A stretch of 64,000 bases of DNA. Source: Candidatus Woesebacteria bacterium GW2011_GWB1_33_38. Lineage in GTDB: Bacteria > Patescibacteriota > Microgenomatia > UBA8517. This document shows, piece by piece, positions 8,873 to 18,329 of the stretch; position 1 is the stretch's first letter, and the number at the start of each line of letters is the position of its first letter. Both the position numbers and the translations under genes were made by a program. The notes under the pieces are model-generated. The model was not told where the DNA came from. It was given only the letters and a program-made list of their open reading frames with translations, and ran no database searches. The stretch covers positions 33,615 to 97,614 of the forward strand of contig LBPF01000006.1 in NCBI GenBank assembly GCA_000990005.1, given 5' to 3'.

Positions 8873-10821
8873 AATTAATAATTGTTGAATCACCGACTAA
8901 AGCTTCTACATTATCCAAGTTTTTGGGTAGCGACTATGAAGTGGATTCGACTCGTGGCCACATTAAAGACCTGCCCAAGAGCAAGTTAAGTATTGATATA
9001 GAACATAACTTCAAACCTGATTATCAAGAAATAGAAAAGAAAAAGTCAGTAATTAAAGACTTGAAGTCAAAGGCAAAAAATGCCAGTGAAGTTTATATTG
9101 CGACAGACCCTGACAGAGAAGGAGAAGCAATCGCTTCACACGTGCAGCAGATATTAAGTGACAAAGATATAAAGTTAAAAGTGGAAACACATAGAATTTC
9201 ATTTCATGAAATTACTCAAAAAGCAGTTGAGGATGCAATATTCAATCCTTCCAAAGTAAATAGAAACCTTGTTGATGCACAGATTGCAAGGAGAGTTTTG
9301 GATAGACTGGTTGGTTATAAACTTTCCCCGCTTCTTTGGAAAAAAGTAAGACGTGGCTTATCAGCTGGAAGAGTGCAATCAGTTGCTGTAAGGCTTATTG
9401 TTGACCGCGAAATGGAAATAAAAGCTTTTAAACCAGAAGAGTACTGGGAAATTTTTGCAAAATTTACTAAATTTACAGCACAGTTAATTAAGCAAGAGAT
9501 ACATAATAAAACTACTGCTGATAAAATTCTTTCTGATTTAGAAAAAGCTACATATAAAGTTTCTGATGTAAAGAAAAGACAAATTACAAAACACCCTTAT
9601 CCACCTTTTACCACTTCAACACTAACACAAGCTGGATCAAGGCTTTTTGGCTGGAGCGCTAAAAAGACAATGAGTGTAGCTCAAAAATTATATGAAGAGG
9701 GTTTAATTACCTATCATAGAACTGATTCCTTAAACCTCTCGGCTGATGCTGTGAACCTTGCTCGAGGATTTATTGAAAAAGAATATGGAAAAGAATATTT
9801 ACCAGAAAAGCCACATTTCTATAAGACGCATAGTAAATCTGCACAAGAGGCGCATGAGGCCATCCGTGTAACGGATGTGAGCCGTGAATCGTCAACAGTG
9901 AACAATGAACAAGGGGAACAAAAACTTTATGATTTGATAAGAAGAAGGTTTTTAGCAAGTCAAATGAATCCTGCCGTTTACGATGAAACTACAATAAATG
10001 TGTTGGCAAGTTCGCGAGTTGTGAGTTACAAGTTAAGAGCTTCAGGACAGATAATGAAATTTGATGGTTGGAGAAAATTGTTTCCAGTCAATCCCACATC
10101 GGGAGTGGGCTTTGACTCTCCAGATGTGAATTTATTACCTGAGGTTGTAAAAGATGAATCTTTGGACAAAGAAAAGGTCTGGGCAGATCAAAAATTCACT
10201 TTAGCTCCTCCACGATATAATGAAGCTTCACTAATTAAAACACTTGAAAAACTGGGGATTGGAAGGCCTTCCACTTATGCACCAATTATTACAACAATTC
10301 AAGTTAGAAGTTATGTGGAAAAAGTTGATAAAGTATTCATTCCCACAACAATTGGTTTTGCTGTAACAGAATTTTTGGTTAAAAATTTTCCAACAGAACT
10401 AGATTTTGGTTTTACAGCGGAAATGGAGGAAGATTTGGATAGGATTGCAGAAGGAAAAATAAAATGGGAAACTGAGATGAAAAAGTTTTGGACTCCCTTT
10501 GAAAAGAAATTAAAATCTGTTGAAAAAACAGCAGAAAGGGTAAAAATAGAAACAGAAAAGTTGAACATTAAGTGTCCAGATTGTAAGGATGGGGAGCTTG
10601 TCATAAGAGTTGGAAGATTTGGAAAGTTTATCAGTTGTTCTAGATTTCCAGACTGTAAGCATACTGAAAAGTTTTTAGAAAAAGTAGGGATTAAATGTCC
10701 TGACTGTAAAGAAGGTGACATAATTGTAAAAAAGAGTAGAAAAGGAAAGTTTTATGGCTGCTCAAGATATCCTGAATGTAAATTCGCTTCTTGGAAACTG
10801 CCAAAAAAAGAGGAAAAGTAG
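8869..10821 (+). CDS. topA: DNA topoisomerase I
   Basis: IVESPTKA, DPDREGE, SAGRVQS, ITYHRTD, C-terminal Zn ribbons. Confidence 0.97.
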   Translation: MKLIIVESPTKASTLSKFLGSDYEVDSTRGHIKDLPKSKLSIDIEHNFKPDYQEIEKKKSVIKDLKSKAKNASEVYIATDPDREGEAIASHVQQILSDKDIKLKVETHRISFHEITQKAVEDAIFNPSKVNRNLVDAQIARRVLDRLVGYKLSPLLWKKVRRGLSAGRVQSVAVRLIVDREMEIKAFKPEEYWEIFAKFTKFTAQLIKQEIHNKTTADKILSDLEKATYKVSDVKKRQITKHPYPPFTTSTLTQAGSRLFGWSAKKTMSVAQKLYEEGLITYHRTDSLNLSADAVNLARGFIEKEYGKEYLPEKPHFYKTHSKSAQEAHEAIRVTDVSRESSTVNNEQGEQKLYDLIRRRFLASQMNPAVYDETTINVLASSRVVSYKLRASGQIMKFDGWRKLFPVNPTSGVGFDSPDVNLLPEVVKDESLDKEKVWADQKFTLAPPRYNEASLIKTLEKLGIGRPSTYAPIITTIQVRSYVEKVDKVFIPTTIGFAVTEFLVKNFPTELDFGFTAEMEEDLDRIAEGKIKWETEMKKFWTPFEKKLKSVEKTAERVKIETEKLNIKCPDCKDGELVIRVGRFGKFISCSRFPDCKHTEKFLEKVGIKCPDCKEGDIIVKKSRKGKFYGCSRYPECKFASWKLPKKEEK

Positions 10822-10834
10822 TATCATTAATTTA

Positions 10835-11173
10835 ATGTTTATTGTTGAGTTTTATAAATCTCCAAATGGAAAAGAAGTTGTAAAGAAAACATATTTCGAG
10901 TATTCAGACAAACAAAGAGCTAAGATTGCAAAGTCAATGGCAAATCTTAAAGAATACGGAATAAACCAAGCCATTGCAAACTTAAGGAAGTTGTTAGGAA
11001 CGCACCTTTGGGAATATAGAATTCTTGGTAAGGACAATATTCGGATTATTTGTGTGTCTTTACCAAGTAACAGAATAATGGTTCTGCATATCTTTACCAA
11101 AAAGTCACAGAAAACTTCAACAAAAGATTTAAAAACCTCAATTGAACGGTATAAACTTGTACTTGACAAATGA
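10835..11173 (+). CDS. RelE/HigB-like toxin (Gp49/DUF891-like)
   Basis: VEFY..NG..LWEYR..IRII..LHIFTKKSQKT; upstream of HTH gene. Confidence 0.85.
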   Translation: MFIVEFYKSPNGKEVVKKTYFEYSDKQRAKIAKSMANLKEYGINQAIANLRKLLGTHLWEYRILGKDNIRIICVSLPSNRIMVLHIFTKKSQKTSTKDLKTSIERYKLVLDK

Positions 11174-11198
11174 TATCCGATCGAATATCATACATTTT

Positions 11199-11480
11199 AT
11201 GTTAAAAGGAACTAATTTTGATGACATCTTAAAAGAGGAGCTAAAAAATCCTAAATTTAATAAAGAATGGGATAAATTAGAGCCTGCTTATCAGGCACAA
11301 AGGATTTTGATTCAATCAAGAATCAAGGCAAAAATGTCTCAACGGCAATTGGCTAAAAAGGCAAAAACAACTCAAGCAATAATTTCACGTATTGAAAACA
11401 TGACAATAAATCCTTCAATTGGTCTTCTTCAAAAATTAGCCACAGCTTTTGGAAAAAGATTAGAGATTAATTTTAGTTAG
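11199..11480 (+). CDS. XRE/HigA-like HTH antitoxin
   Basis: MSQRQLAKKAKTTQAIISRIE..NPSI..LQKLA. Confidence 0.88.
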   Translation: MLKGTNFDDILKEELKNPKFNKEWDKLEPAYQAQRILIQSRIKAKMSQRQLAKKAKTTQAIISRIENMTINPSIGLLQKLATAFGKRLEINFS

Positions 11481-11545
11481 TAAAGTCGACCTTACTAGAT
11501 TGTTTTAAATTTCTTAAATATACTCGCGTTTAACTTGCCCAAATT

Positions 11546-12232
11546 ATGAATAACTATATTTGGGATAAATTGTTTAAAAAATACGAACAAAGCGTAAAAA
11601 AAGATGAAAATGCAGATTTTGCATATGAAAGTTTAGTTAATACTTTATCCATATTAAGTTTATGTGACAACTTAGGTGTTGCCTTAGATTTAGGTTGTGG
11701 AGATGGAAGGTTTACAAAAGAACTTGAAGTAAGGTGCCAAAAAACCTTTGCAGTTGACCTATCAGATTCAATGTTAAAGCAAGCGAAAAAAGTTTGTCTT
11801 AACACAACTTTTTTAAAAGTAGATCTGGAAAATAAATTTCCAAAATTTAATACAAAGTTTGATTTAATTACCTGTAAGTTGGTGTTAATGTATCTAACAA
11901 ATATTGAAAATTTAGCTTGTGAGACATATAAGATACTTAACAAAAACGGCGCTTTAGTTGTGTCTGTAACGCACCCTATGAAATGGATGGATAAAACATC
12001 ATATCTTAAGGAGGATGTTGTCCCTGGTGAGATTGCAAATGATAAAAATCTTAAGGTGACCTTTAAATCTAGAACGATTCAAACTTATATTAATACCTTC
12101 ACAAAATATGGGTTTCATCTTGAGGTAGTTCTGGAAACTGGGGTTCCTGATTCGTTCGTGATAAAATACCCTGATTATTTAGCATTTCAAAAAAAGCCGT
12201 ACAGATTAAATTTAAAATTTGTTAAAAAATAA
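11546..12232 (+). CDS. Class I SAM-dependent methyltransferase
   Basis: LDLGCGDG, VDLSDSML, FDLI. Confidence 0.9.
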   Translation: MNNYIWDKLFKKYEQSVKKDENADFAYESLVNTLSILSLCDNLGVALDLGCGDGRFTKELEVRCQKTFAVDLSDSMLKQAKKVCLNTTFLKVDLENKFPKFNTKFDLITCKLVLMYLTNIENLACETYKILNKNGALVVSVTHPMKWMDKTSYLKEDVVPGEIANDKNLKVTFKSRTIQTYINTFTKYGFHLEVVLETGVPDSFVIKYPDYLAFQKKPYRLNLKFVKK

Positions 12233-12233
12233 G

Positions 12234-12329
12234 AAGCAGAGCTTGTTAGAATATCATAAGCAGAGCTTGTTAGAATATCATAAGCAGAGCTTGTTAGAAT
12301 ATCATAAGCAGAGCTTGTTAAAATATCAT
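12234..12329 (+). repeat. Four 24-bp tandem repeats AAGCAGAGCTTGTTA(G/A)AATATCAT
   Basis: Three identical units plus one 1-mismatch unit that runs into the ATG at 12328. Confidence 0.95.
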
Positions 12330-13005
12330 GAAAGACTTTCATCCATTACAATTAAAAATACTTCAAAAATTGTTGTACTCAGATGGTTTAAGATACTCAA
12401 AGATTAAACCCACAAAAATAGAGGGTAGTAAATTTGCATTTCATTTAGATCAACTACTCAAACTTAAATTTGTTAACAAAATTGGAACTATCTATAAACT
12501 GACACTTCTTGGTAAAGAATTGGCAAACAGAATGGATTTGGGAGATAAGAAAATAGAAACTCAAGCTAAAGTTTCTGTTTTAATGGTTTGTATTAAAAAA
12601 GATAAAATACTTCTTTATACGAGATTAAAATCACCCTTCTTTGGATATCAAGGTTTTCCTACAGGGAAAGTTAAACATGGGGAAAATATATTAAAAGCAG
12701 CAAAAAGAGAATTAAAAGAAGAGACGGGTTTAATTGGTACCCCAAAACTATTTGCAGTTAGGCATTATAAAATTTATGATTTATCAAAGAATCTGTTGGA
12801 AGATAAAATCTTTTTTGCCTGCAAATTCATCGACCCTAAAGGGGTCTTAAGAAATAATCCAGAAGGCACATATAAATGGATTCATAAAAACAAAGTTTGG
12901 GACTATCTTAAAAAACCTGTAGATGAAGTCAAAGAAATTCTTGATTCTATTGAAAACAGCGAAATTACGTTTTTAGAAAAAGAATACTCTACCAGGGGAT
13001 TTTAA
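12328..13005 (+). CDS. Winged-HTH plus NUDIX hydrolase
   Basis: N-terminal FAFHLDQLL wHTH; Nudix box GKVKHGENILKAAKRELKEETG. Confidence 0.88.
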   Translation: MKDFHPLQLKILQKLLYSDGLRYSKIKPTKIEGSKFAFHLDQLLKLKFVNKIGTIYKLTLLGKELANRMDLGDKKIETQAKVSVLMVCIKKDKILLYTRLKSPFFGYQGFPTGKVKHGENILKAAKRELKEETGLIGTPKLFAVRHYKIYDLSKNLLEDKIFFACKFIDPKGVLRNNPEGTYKWIHKNKVWDYLKKPVDEVKEILDSIENSEITFLEKEYSTRGF

Positions 13006-13009
13006 TTTT

Positions 13010-13495
13010 TTATTTGTACTTTACTGTTTCAGTGGAGATAAACTCTAATTTAATTTTCGCTTTTTTAAACATGCTTTCTGATTCTTGTCCTGCATGGTAT
13101 TTATTTGCAGCTACAACTCTTAGAATGCCAGTATTAATGAGTAACATTGCACAAGTTCTACAGGGAGTCATGTTTACGTAAACTGTAGAACCTTCAAGTG
13201 AAACACCTCTTTTAGCAGCTTGGCAAATAGCATTTTGTTCCGCATGAACTGTTCTTACACAATGTTCAGTAATGGTTCCGTCCTCGTGAATTATCTTTTT
13301 TAATTGATGTCCAACTTCATCACAATGTGGAAAACCAACAGGTGAACCTGCATAGCCAGTTACTAAGATTTGTTTTTCTTTGACAAAGACACAAGAAGCA
13401 TGGCCTCTATCACAAGTTCCTCGCTTGGATACGGTTTGCATTATTTCCAAAAAGTATTTATCCCATGATGGGCGGACATTTTTCAATTTCTTCAT
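13010..13495 (-). CDS. dCMP deaminase (ComEB-like)
   Basis: RPSWDKYF, HAEQNA, PCRTC. Confidence 0.92.
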   Translation of the reverse strand: MKKLKNVRPSWDKYFLEIMQTVSKRGTCDRGHASCVFVKEKQILVTGYAGSPVGFPHCDEVGHQLKKIIHEDGTITEHCVRTVHAEQNAICQAAKRGVSLEGSTVYVNMTPCRTCAMLLINTGILRVVAANKYHAGQESESMFKKAKIKLEFISTETVKYK

Positions 13496-14009
13496 ATAAC
13501 CTTTCTAAACTACCATCATTATTAAATAAATGATCGCTCATTTCAATACACTTTGGAAGGTTTTGTGCATTGGGATCAGTATTTTGCATCTCTCTTTCTT
13601 CTTGTTTTGTGAATTCATCAAAAGTTACAGAGTCTTTTTCAGATTGCCTTTTTTGAATTCTTTCATATCTTGTTTTTTGATCAGCAGTAATTGCAAACAT
13701 AATTCCGCCATGTGATTTAATAAACTCAGCCTCTTTTGGGTTTCTGATACTTTCAATGATTGAATTCTCTTTCTTTTTGCTTGCCTGGTTAAACAGCTGT
13801 TGTGTAATGTAGTCTGGTCCAAACTTTTCGCGCAGTGCATTGCCGACATCCTGAAGGTTGGCTCGGTTTATTTCTAACCCACGCTTTATTAATTCTTCTT
13901 TTAGAAAACCACTCACGGAATAGTGTATGAAGCCTTTGTTTTTAACTAAATATTCAACAATAGTTCCTTTCCCAGCTCCCAAAGTTCCAGTAATACCAAT
14001 TATTTGCAT
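13458..14009 (-). CDS. P-loop nucleoside/nucleotide kinase-like protein
   Basis: IIGITGTLGAGKGT, ESIRNPKE, NDGSLE. Confidence 0.85.
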   Translation of the reverse strand: MQIIGITGTLGAGKGTIVEYLVKNKGFIHYSVSGFLKEELIKRGLEINRANLQDVGNALREKFGPDYITQQLFNQASKKKENSIIESIRNPKEAEFIKSHGGIMFAITADQKTRYERIQKRQSEKDSVTFDEFTKQEEREMQNTDPNAQNLPKCIEMSDHLFNNDGSLERLYEEIEKCPPIMG

Positions 14010-14061
14010 TTTATATTTTTAACAGTTAATAAACAAAAATTAAAGTGTTAAAATTAAATTT

Positions 14062-14391
14062 ATGGATTTTGATGAATACCAGAAAGAAGCAAACAAAACA
14101 GCAATTTATCCCGTACTTGGAGCTAAATTTGTATATCCTACATTAGGCTTAGCAGATGAGGCGGGTGAAGTGGTAGGTAAAATTAAAAAAGTAATGAGAG
14201 ATGATGGGGGAGTTTTAACAGAAGAAAAAAAGATTGAAATTAAAAAAGAGCTAGGCGATGTTTTGTGGTACTTAGCTCAGTTGTCTACTGACTTAGGAAT
14301 TAAGCTTTCAGAGGTAGCCAAGGCTAATGTCGAAAAACTTGCATCGAGAATGGAAAGAAATGTACTTCATGGTAGTGGGGACAACAGATAG
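14062..14391 (+). CDS. MazG-like NTP pyrophosphohydrolase
   Basis: LGLADEAGEV..ELGDVLWY..GSGDNR. Confidence 0.92.
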   Translation: MDFDEYQKEANKTAIYPVLGAKFVYPTLGLADEAGEVVGKIKKVMRDDGGVLTEEKKIEIKKELGDVLWYLAQLSTDLGIKLSEVAKANVEKLASRMERNVLHGSGDNR

Positions 14392-14399
14392 TAAATCAA

Positions 14400-14558
14400 A
14401 TGATTAATAAAACTTATACAGTTAAAGTAACAAATGGACGATTTACAATCCCAGTTGAAATAAGACGAAAATTTGGATTTTTAGGAAAGAAGATTCAATT
14501 AGATGCAATGCTCCAAAATAGTGGATTACTTGTAGACTTTAAAAAAATCAAAAAGTAG
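14400..14558 (+). CDS. Small AbrB/MazE/SpoVT-family DNA-binding protein (52 aa, not in ORF track)
   Basis: MINKTYTVKVTNGRFTIPVEIRRKFG. Confidence 0.7.
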   Translation: MINKTYTVKVTNGRFTIPVEIRRKFGFLGKKIQLDAMLQNSGLLVDFKKIKK

Positions 14559-14636
14559 ATAAGCAAAGCTTGCCATTTGGTGGTAAAAAATTTTCTCAAT
14601 TGACAAATATACACCATATATAGTAATGTATATAAT

Positions 14637-14900
14637 ATGACAAGATATCAAGTTTATTTAAATTCAGGATCGGTTGCTGTTGTTGATGAAGTTGAAGAAT
14701 ATTTAGGTATTTCAAGATCACAAATTATTCGCGATCTTGTTGATCGTTATGCTCAAAACATATTACAAATCTTTTCGGTTACAAGAACAACACCTTTCAA
14801 AAAATCTTCCTTAGAAGCATTAATTGGAATTATTAATGTAGATGGTCAAAAAGGGACAAATTATGCAATGAAAGACGATAATAAATATTTGATTGATTAA
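14637..14900 (+). CDS. RHH/CopG-type antitoxin (VapB-like)
   Basis: RYQVYL..GISRSQIIRDLVD; overlaps PIN gene; TTGACA upstream. Confidence 0.75.
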   Translation: MTRYQVYLNSGSVAVVDEVEEYLGISRSQIIRDLVDRYAQNILQIFSVTRTTPFKKSSLEALIGIINVDGQKGTNYAMKDDNKYLID

Positions 14901-15316
14901 TGCAAAAAGTTTTTATAGACACAAGTTGTTATTTGGCACTTTTTATAGGAAGTGATATTAAACATTCAATTGTAGCTAAAACATTCAAAAAATATATTCA
15001 AGGGAGATATCAATTTTTTACATCATATTATGTTTTGAATGAACTTTATACACGATTGGTTTATGATTTTGGAAAAATAGAACTTAAAAAAGTTGTTGCA
15101 CAAATAAATAAAGTGGTAAAGAATAACGAATTAAAAATGCTTGACGTGGATGAAGTTTTATTTAATAAATCAGCTGAAACTATGACTAAATTTGCAGAGC
15201 ATAAATTGTCTTTTGTTGACGCATCAATTTATAATTTAGTTAAAGATTATAAACTTGACGAGGTTTTTACTCTTGATTCTGATTTTAAAAAAGTAGGCCT
15301 CAAAACATCTTTTTAA
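14900..15316 (+). CDS. PIN-domain toxin (VapC-like)
   Basis: FIDTS, LNE, SFVDA, TLDSDF. Confidence 0.9.
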   Translation: MQKVFIDTSCYLALFIGSDIKHSIVAKTFKKYIQGRYQFFTSYYVLNELYTRLVYDFGKIELKKVVAQINKVVKNNELKMLDVDEVLFNKSAETMTKFAEHKLSFVDASIYNLVKDYKLDEVFTLDSDFKKVGLKTSF

Positions 15317-15375
15317 AATTAAAATATTTTCCCACCTTGAAGTTTTATCTACAATAGGGTATCTTGCGCCTAGAT

Positions 15376-16050
15376 ATGCAAAAGTTAAATGATGGGTTTT
15401 TAATAAATCTTGAGGGGGGGGAAGGTTGTGGAAAAACTACCCATGTTCCGTATCTTGTAGAGTATTTAAGAGAGAAAGGTTTTACTGTTTATCCAACCCG
15501 TGAACCTGGTGGAACTTCTATTGGAGAGCAAATACGAGATGTAATTCATGACCTTAAAAATGTTGACATACATCCTCGGACCGAAACACTTTTATATCAA
15601 GCTGCAAGATCTCAAATAGTGGAACAAGTAATAAGACCCAAACTTTTGGAGGGCCAGATTATAATTTGTGATCGTTTTTATGATTCAACAATAGCTTACC
15701 AAGGTTTTGGACATCAGCAAGATATTAAAGCAGTTCATCGGCTGGTTGATTATGCAACGGGCGGTTTAACTCCCGATTTAACTATTTTACTAGATGTAGA
15801 TGTAGAAGTGGGCCAGCGTCGTAAAGAAAGTAGTGATGAGTGGAACCGAATGGACGCAATGGACAAAGAATTTCATGAGCGGGTTAGAAAAGGTTATTTA
15901 AAAATGGCAGAGGTTGACGCACGCTGGATAGTTATAAATGCCAATAACGGAATTCAAGAAGTTCGTAGAGATTTACTTGAAGGTGTAAATAAAAGGTTAG
16001 AATTATTTCTAAATTTAGTAGAGGGTGTGAAGAAAAGCGCAGAAAGATAA
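15376..16050 (+). CDS. tmk: Thymidylate kinase
   Basis: EGGEGCGKTT, TREPGGT, CDRF..STIAYQG. Confidence 0.95.
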   Translation: MQKLNDGFLINLEGGEGCGKTTHVPYLVEYLREKGFTVYPTREPGGTSIGEQIRDVIHDLKNVDIHPRTETLLYQAARSQIVEQVIRPKLLEGQIIICDRFYDSTIAYQGFGHQQDIKAVHRLVDYATGGLTPDLTILLDVDVEVGQRRKESSDEWNRMDAMDKEFHERVRKGYLKMAEVDARWIVINANNGIQEVRRDLLEGVNKRLELFLNLVEGVKKSAER

Positions 16051-16065
16051 TATATAATACAAATT

Positions 16066-16941
16066 ATGCAAAAGATTGTAGAGTGTGTGCCGAATTTTTC
16101 GGAAGGCAAGAATTTGAAAGTTATCAATGCGATTTTTGATGTGTCTCAAACTGGTAAGGTCAAATCCTTTGAACTTGAATATAACGTTTCTCACAATCGA
16201 ATGCTATTTACCATTGTAGGTTCTCCTGAGGATGTTCTAAATTCAGTTTTTGAATCTATAAAAATTGCAACTAAATTAATTGACATGAATAAGCACACTG
16301 GAGAACATCCCAGAATTGGTGCTACTGACGTCGTTCCATTTGTTCCTGTTTCGGGTGTTTCAATGGAAGAATGTGTAGAACTTAGTAATAAACTTGCTAA
16401 AAAAGTTGCAGATGAACTTAACTTACCTGTTTTTATGTATGAAGCCTCGGCCAAAAAAGAGGAATATAGAAATTTGGCAGATGTCAGAGTTGGTGAATAT
16501 GAAGGATTAAAGAAAAGTATGAGAAAGCCTGATTATGGTCCCTTAAAAACTCATCCAACAGCTGGAGCTATGGTAATTGGAGCTAGAAAATACTTAATTG
16601 CCTATAATGTTGATCTGGACACTACAGATGTTAATGTTGCAAAACAGATTGCTAAAAAGATAAGAGAAAAAGACGGGGGACTTAAGGCGGTTAAAGCATT
16701 AGGTTTTGAAGTTGATGGGATGGCTCAGGTCTCTATGAATTTAGTTGATTATGAAATTACAAACTTTGACGAGGCATATAGAGAAATTGAAAAAGAGGCT
16801 AAAAACTTAGGAGTTGGGATTAAAAATTCTGAAATATATGGTATGATTCCGCTTGAAGCTTTAGTCAGAGCAGTCAAAACTACCTTTAAAGGTACAATCT
16901 TTAGAAGTGATCAGATTTTAGAAAAAAAATTATGGGAGTAA
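16066..16941 (+). CDS. ftcd: Glutamate formimidoyltransferase
   Basis: VECVPNFSEG, HTGEHPRIGATDVVPF, QVSMNL. Confidence 0.93.
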   Translation: MQKIVECVPNFSEGKNLKVINAIFDVSQTGKVKSFELEYNVSHNRMLFTIVGSPEDVLNSVFESIKIATKLIDMNKHTGEHPRIGATDVVPFVPVSGVSMEECVELSNKLAKKVADELNLPVFMYEASAKKEEYRNLADVRVGEYEGLKKSMRKPDYGPLKTHPTAGAMVIGARKYLIAYNVDLDTTDVNVAKQIAKKIREKDGGLKAVKALGFEVDGMAQVSMNLVDYEITNFDEAYREIEKEAKNLGVGIKNSEIYGMIPLEALVRAVKTTFKGTIFRSDQILEKKLWE

Positions 16942-17468
16942 TTAATTCCAAAACCTTAAAACAATTTCAAAAAGAATTGGGGAGTAAAAATCCAACACCT
17001 GGAGGAGGAGTTGTGGCTGCACTTTCTGGAGCCTTTGCTGCATCTTTAATTGAAATGGTTTGTAATTTAACTCTTGGTAAAGAAAAATATGAAAAAAATA
17101 AAAAAGATGTTATTAAAATTCATAAAGATGTGCTTGAACTAAAGGAAAAACTAACTAAATTGGCTGAGGAGGATAAAAAAGCATATGATAAGGTGCTTAT
17201 AGCTTATAGACTACAGCCTGAAAACAAAAAACGAAAACAAGAAATAATAAAAGCACTAAGATATGCTATTGCAGTTCCAATGGAAGTTAGAAAAATTAGC
17301 CAAGAGGTTGAAAGATTAGCTTACAGGATTAGCAAGATTGGCAATAAAAACGCTCTAAGCGATGCCAAAACTGCAATTTATTTAGCCCATGCTTCTGGAA
17401 AATCTGCACTGGAGAATATTAAAATAAACAAAAAGTCACTGGCAGATCTATCAAGGTCCGACCTTTGA
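16932..17468 (+). CDS. Formimino-THF cyclodeaminase / methenyl-THF cyclohydrolase family
   Basis: PTPGGG, MVCNLT.GK, GNKNALSDA. Confidence 0.9.
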   Translation: MGVINSKTLKQFQKELGSKNPTPGGGVVAALSGAFAASLIEMVCNLTLGKEKYEKNKKDVIKIHKDVLELKEKLTKLAEEDKKAYDKVLIAYRLQPENKKRKQEIIKALRYAIAVPMEVRKISQEVERLAYRISKIGNKNALSDAKTAIYLAHASGKSALENIKINKKSLADLSRSDL

Positions 17469-17496
17469 AGACAAATCTGTAATAAGGTCGGACCTT
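17453..17496. repeat. REP-like doublet, second copy
   Basis: AAGGTCCGACCTT-N18-AAGGTCGGACCTT as at 8257. Confidence 0.85.
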
Positions 17497-17544
17497 AACA
17501 GAACATCTACTTGTCAACTTTCTTTTTCTAAAATATAATACTCC

Positions 17545-17618
17545 ATAAGCACACAGATTTTAGTTTCCTGAAGCTTACGAAATCTGTGGAAGGTTAAGGA
17601 AACAAATAATTAATATAT
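17545..17618 (+). promoter_or_regulatory. Structured rpsB (S2) leader, possible pseudoknot
   Basis: CACAGATTT/AAATCTGTG stem; loop GTTTCCT complementary to downstream AGGAAAC; TATAAT upstream. Confidence 0.6.
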
Positions 17619-18329
17619 ATGGCTGTTAAAATATCACTTGAAGATTTACTTGAAAGCGGGGCTCATTTTGGTCACCAGGTTAGACGTTGGAATCCAAAGG
17701 TAAAAGAATTTGTATATGGTGAACAAGATGGCGTTCATATTTTTGATTTGGTTAAAACAAAGGAATCTCTCGAAATTGCTTTGGCTGAAATTACAAAAAA
17801 TATTAAAGAAGGTAAAACTATCTTACTTCTTGCTACTAAAAAACAAGCCAAAGACAAAGCTTTGGAAATTTTAAATGAAACAGGAATCTCAGTTGTTACT
17901 GAAAGATGGCTTGGTGGAACAATTACCAATTTTAATCAAATTAAAAAGTCACTTGACAAGCTTGTAGATATGAAAGAAAAACTTGTAAATGGGTACTATG
18001 CAAAATACACAAAGAAAGAAAGAGTATTAATAGAAAGAGAAAAAGATAGACTTGAGAGATTTTTCGGAGGTATTACGAACTTAAAAGCAATACCAGATTT
18101 ATTAATTGTTGTCGATATTAGAAAAGAGATAACTGCAATTCACGAAGCTAATAGAAAAGGAATTAAGGTTGTAGGAATTGTGGACACTAACTCAGATCCT
18201 AACATGGTAGATTTCCCCATACCAATGAATGATGATGCCACAAAAGCACTTCACTTGGTATTGGAATATATTAAATTAGCTATTCTTGAGGGTCAAAAAG
18301 TACCAAAAACTTCAAAAGTAAAAAAATGA
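17619..18329 (+). CDS. rpsB: 30S ribosomal protein S2
   Basis: GAHFGH..RWNP, RWLGGTITN, DTNSDP. Confidence 0.97.
   Translation: MAVKISLEDLLESGAHFGHQVRRWNPKVKEFVYGEQDGVHIFDLVKTKESLEIALAEITKNIKEGKTILLLATKKQAKDKALEILNETGISVVTERWLGGTITNFNQIKKSLDKLVDMKEKLVNGYYAKYTKKERVLIEREKDRLERFFGGITNLKAIPDLLIVVDIRKEITAIHEANRKGIKVVGIVDTNSDPNMVDFPIPMNDDATKALHLVLEYIKLAILEGQKVPKTSKVKK

Noticed and set aside
12234-12329. CRISPR array, or 62-aa repeat ORF at 12219
   Set aside because: Units are contiguous with no spacers and no cas genes; the ORF is a by-product of a 24-bp period
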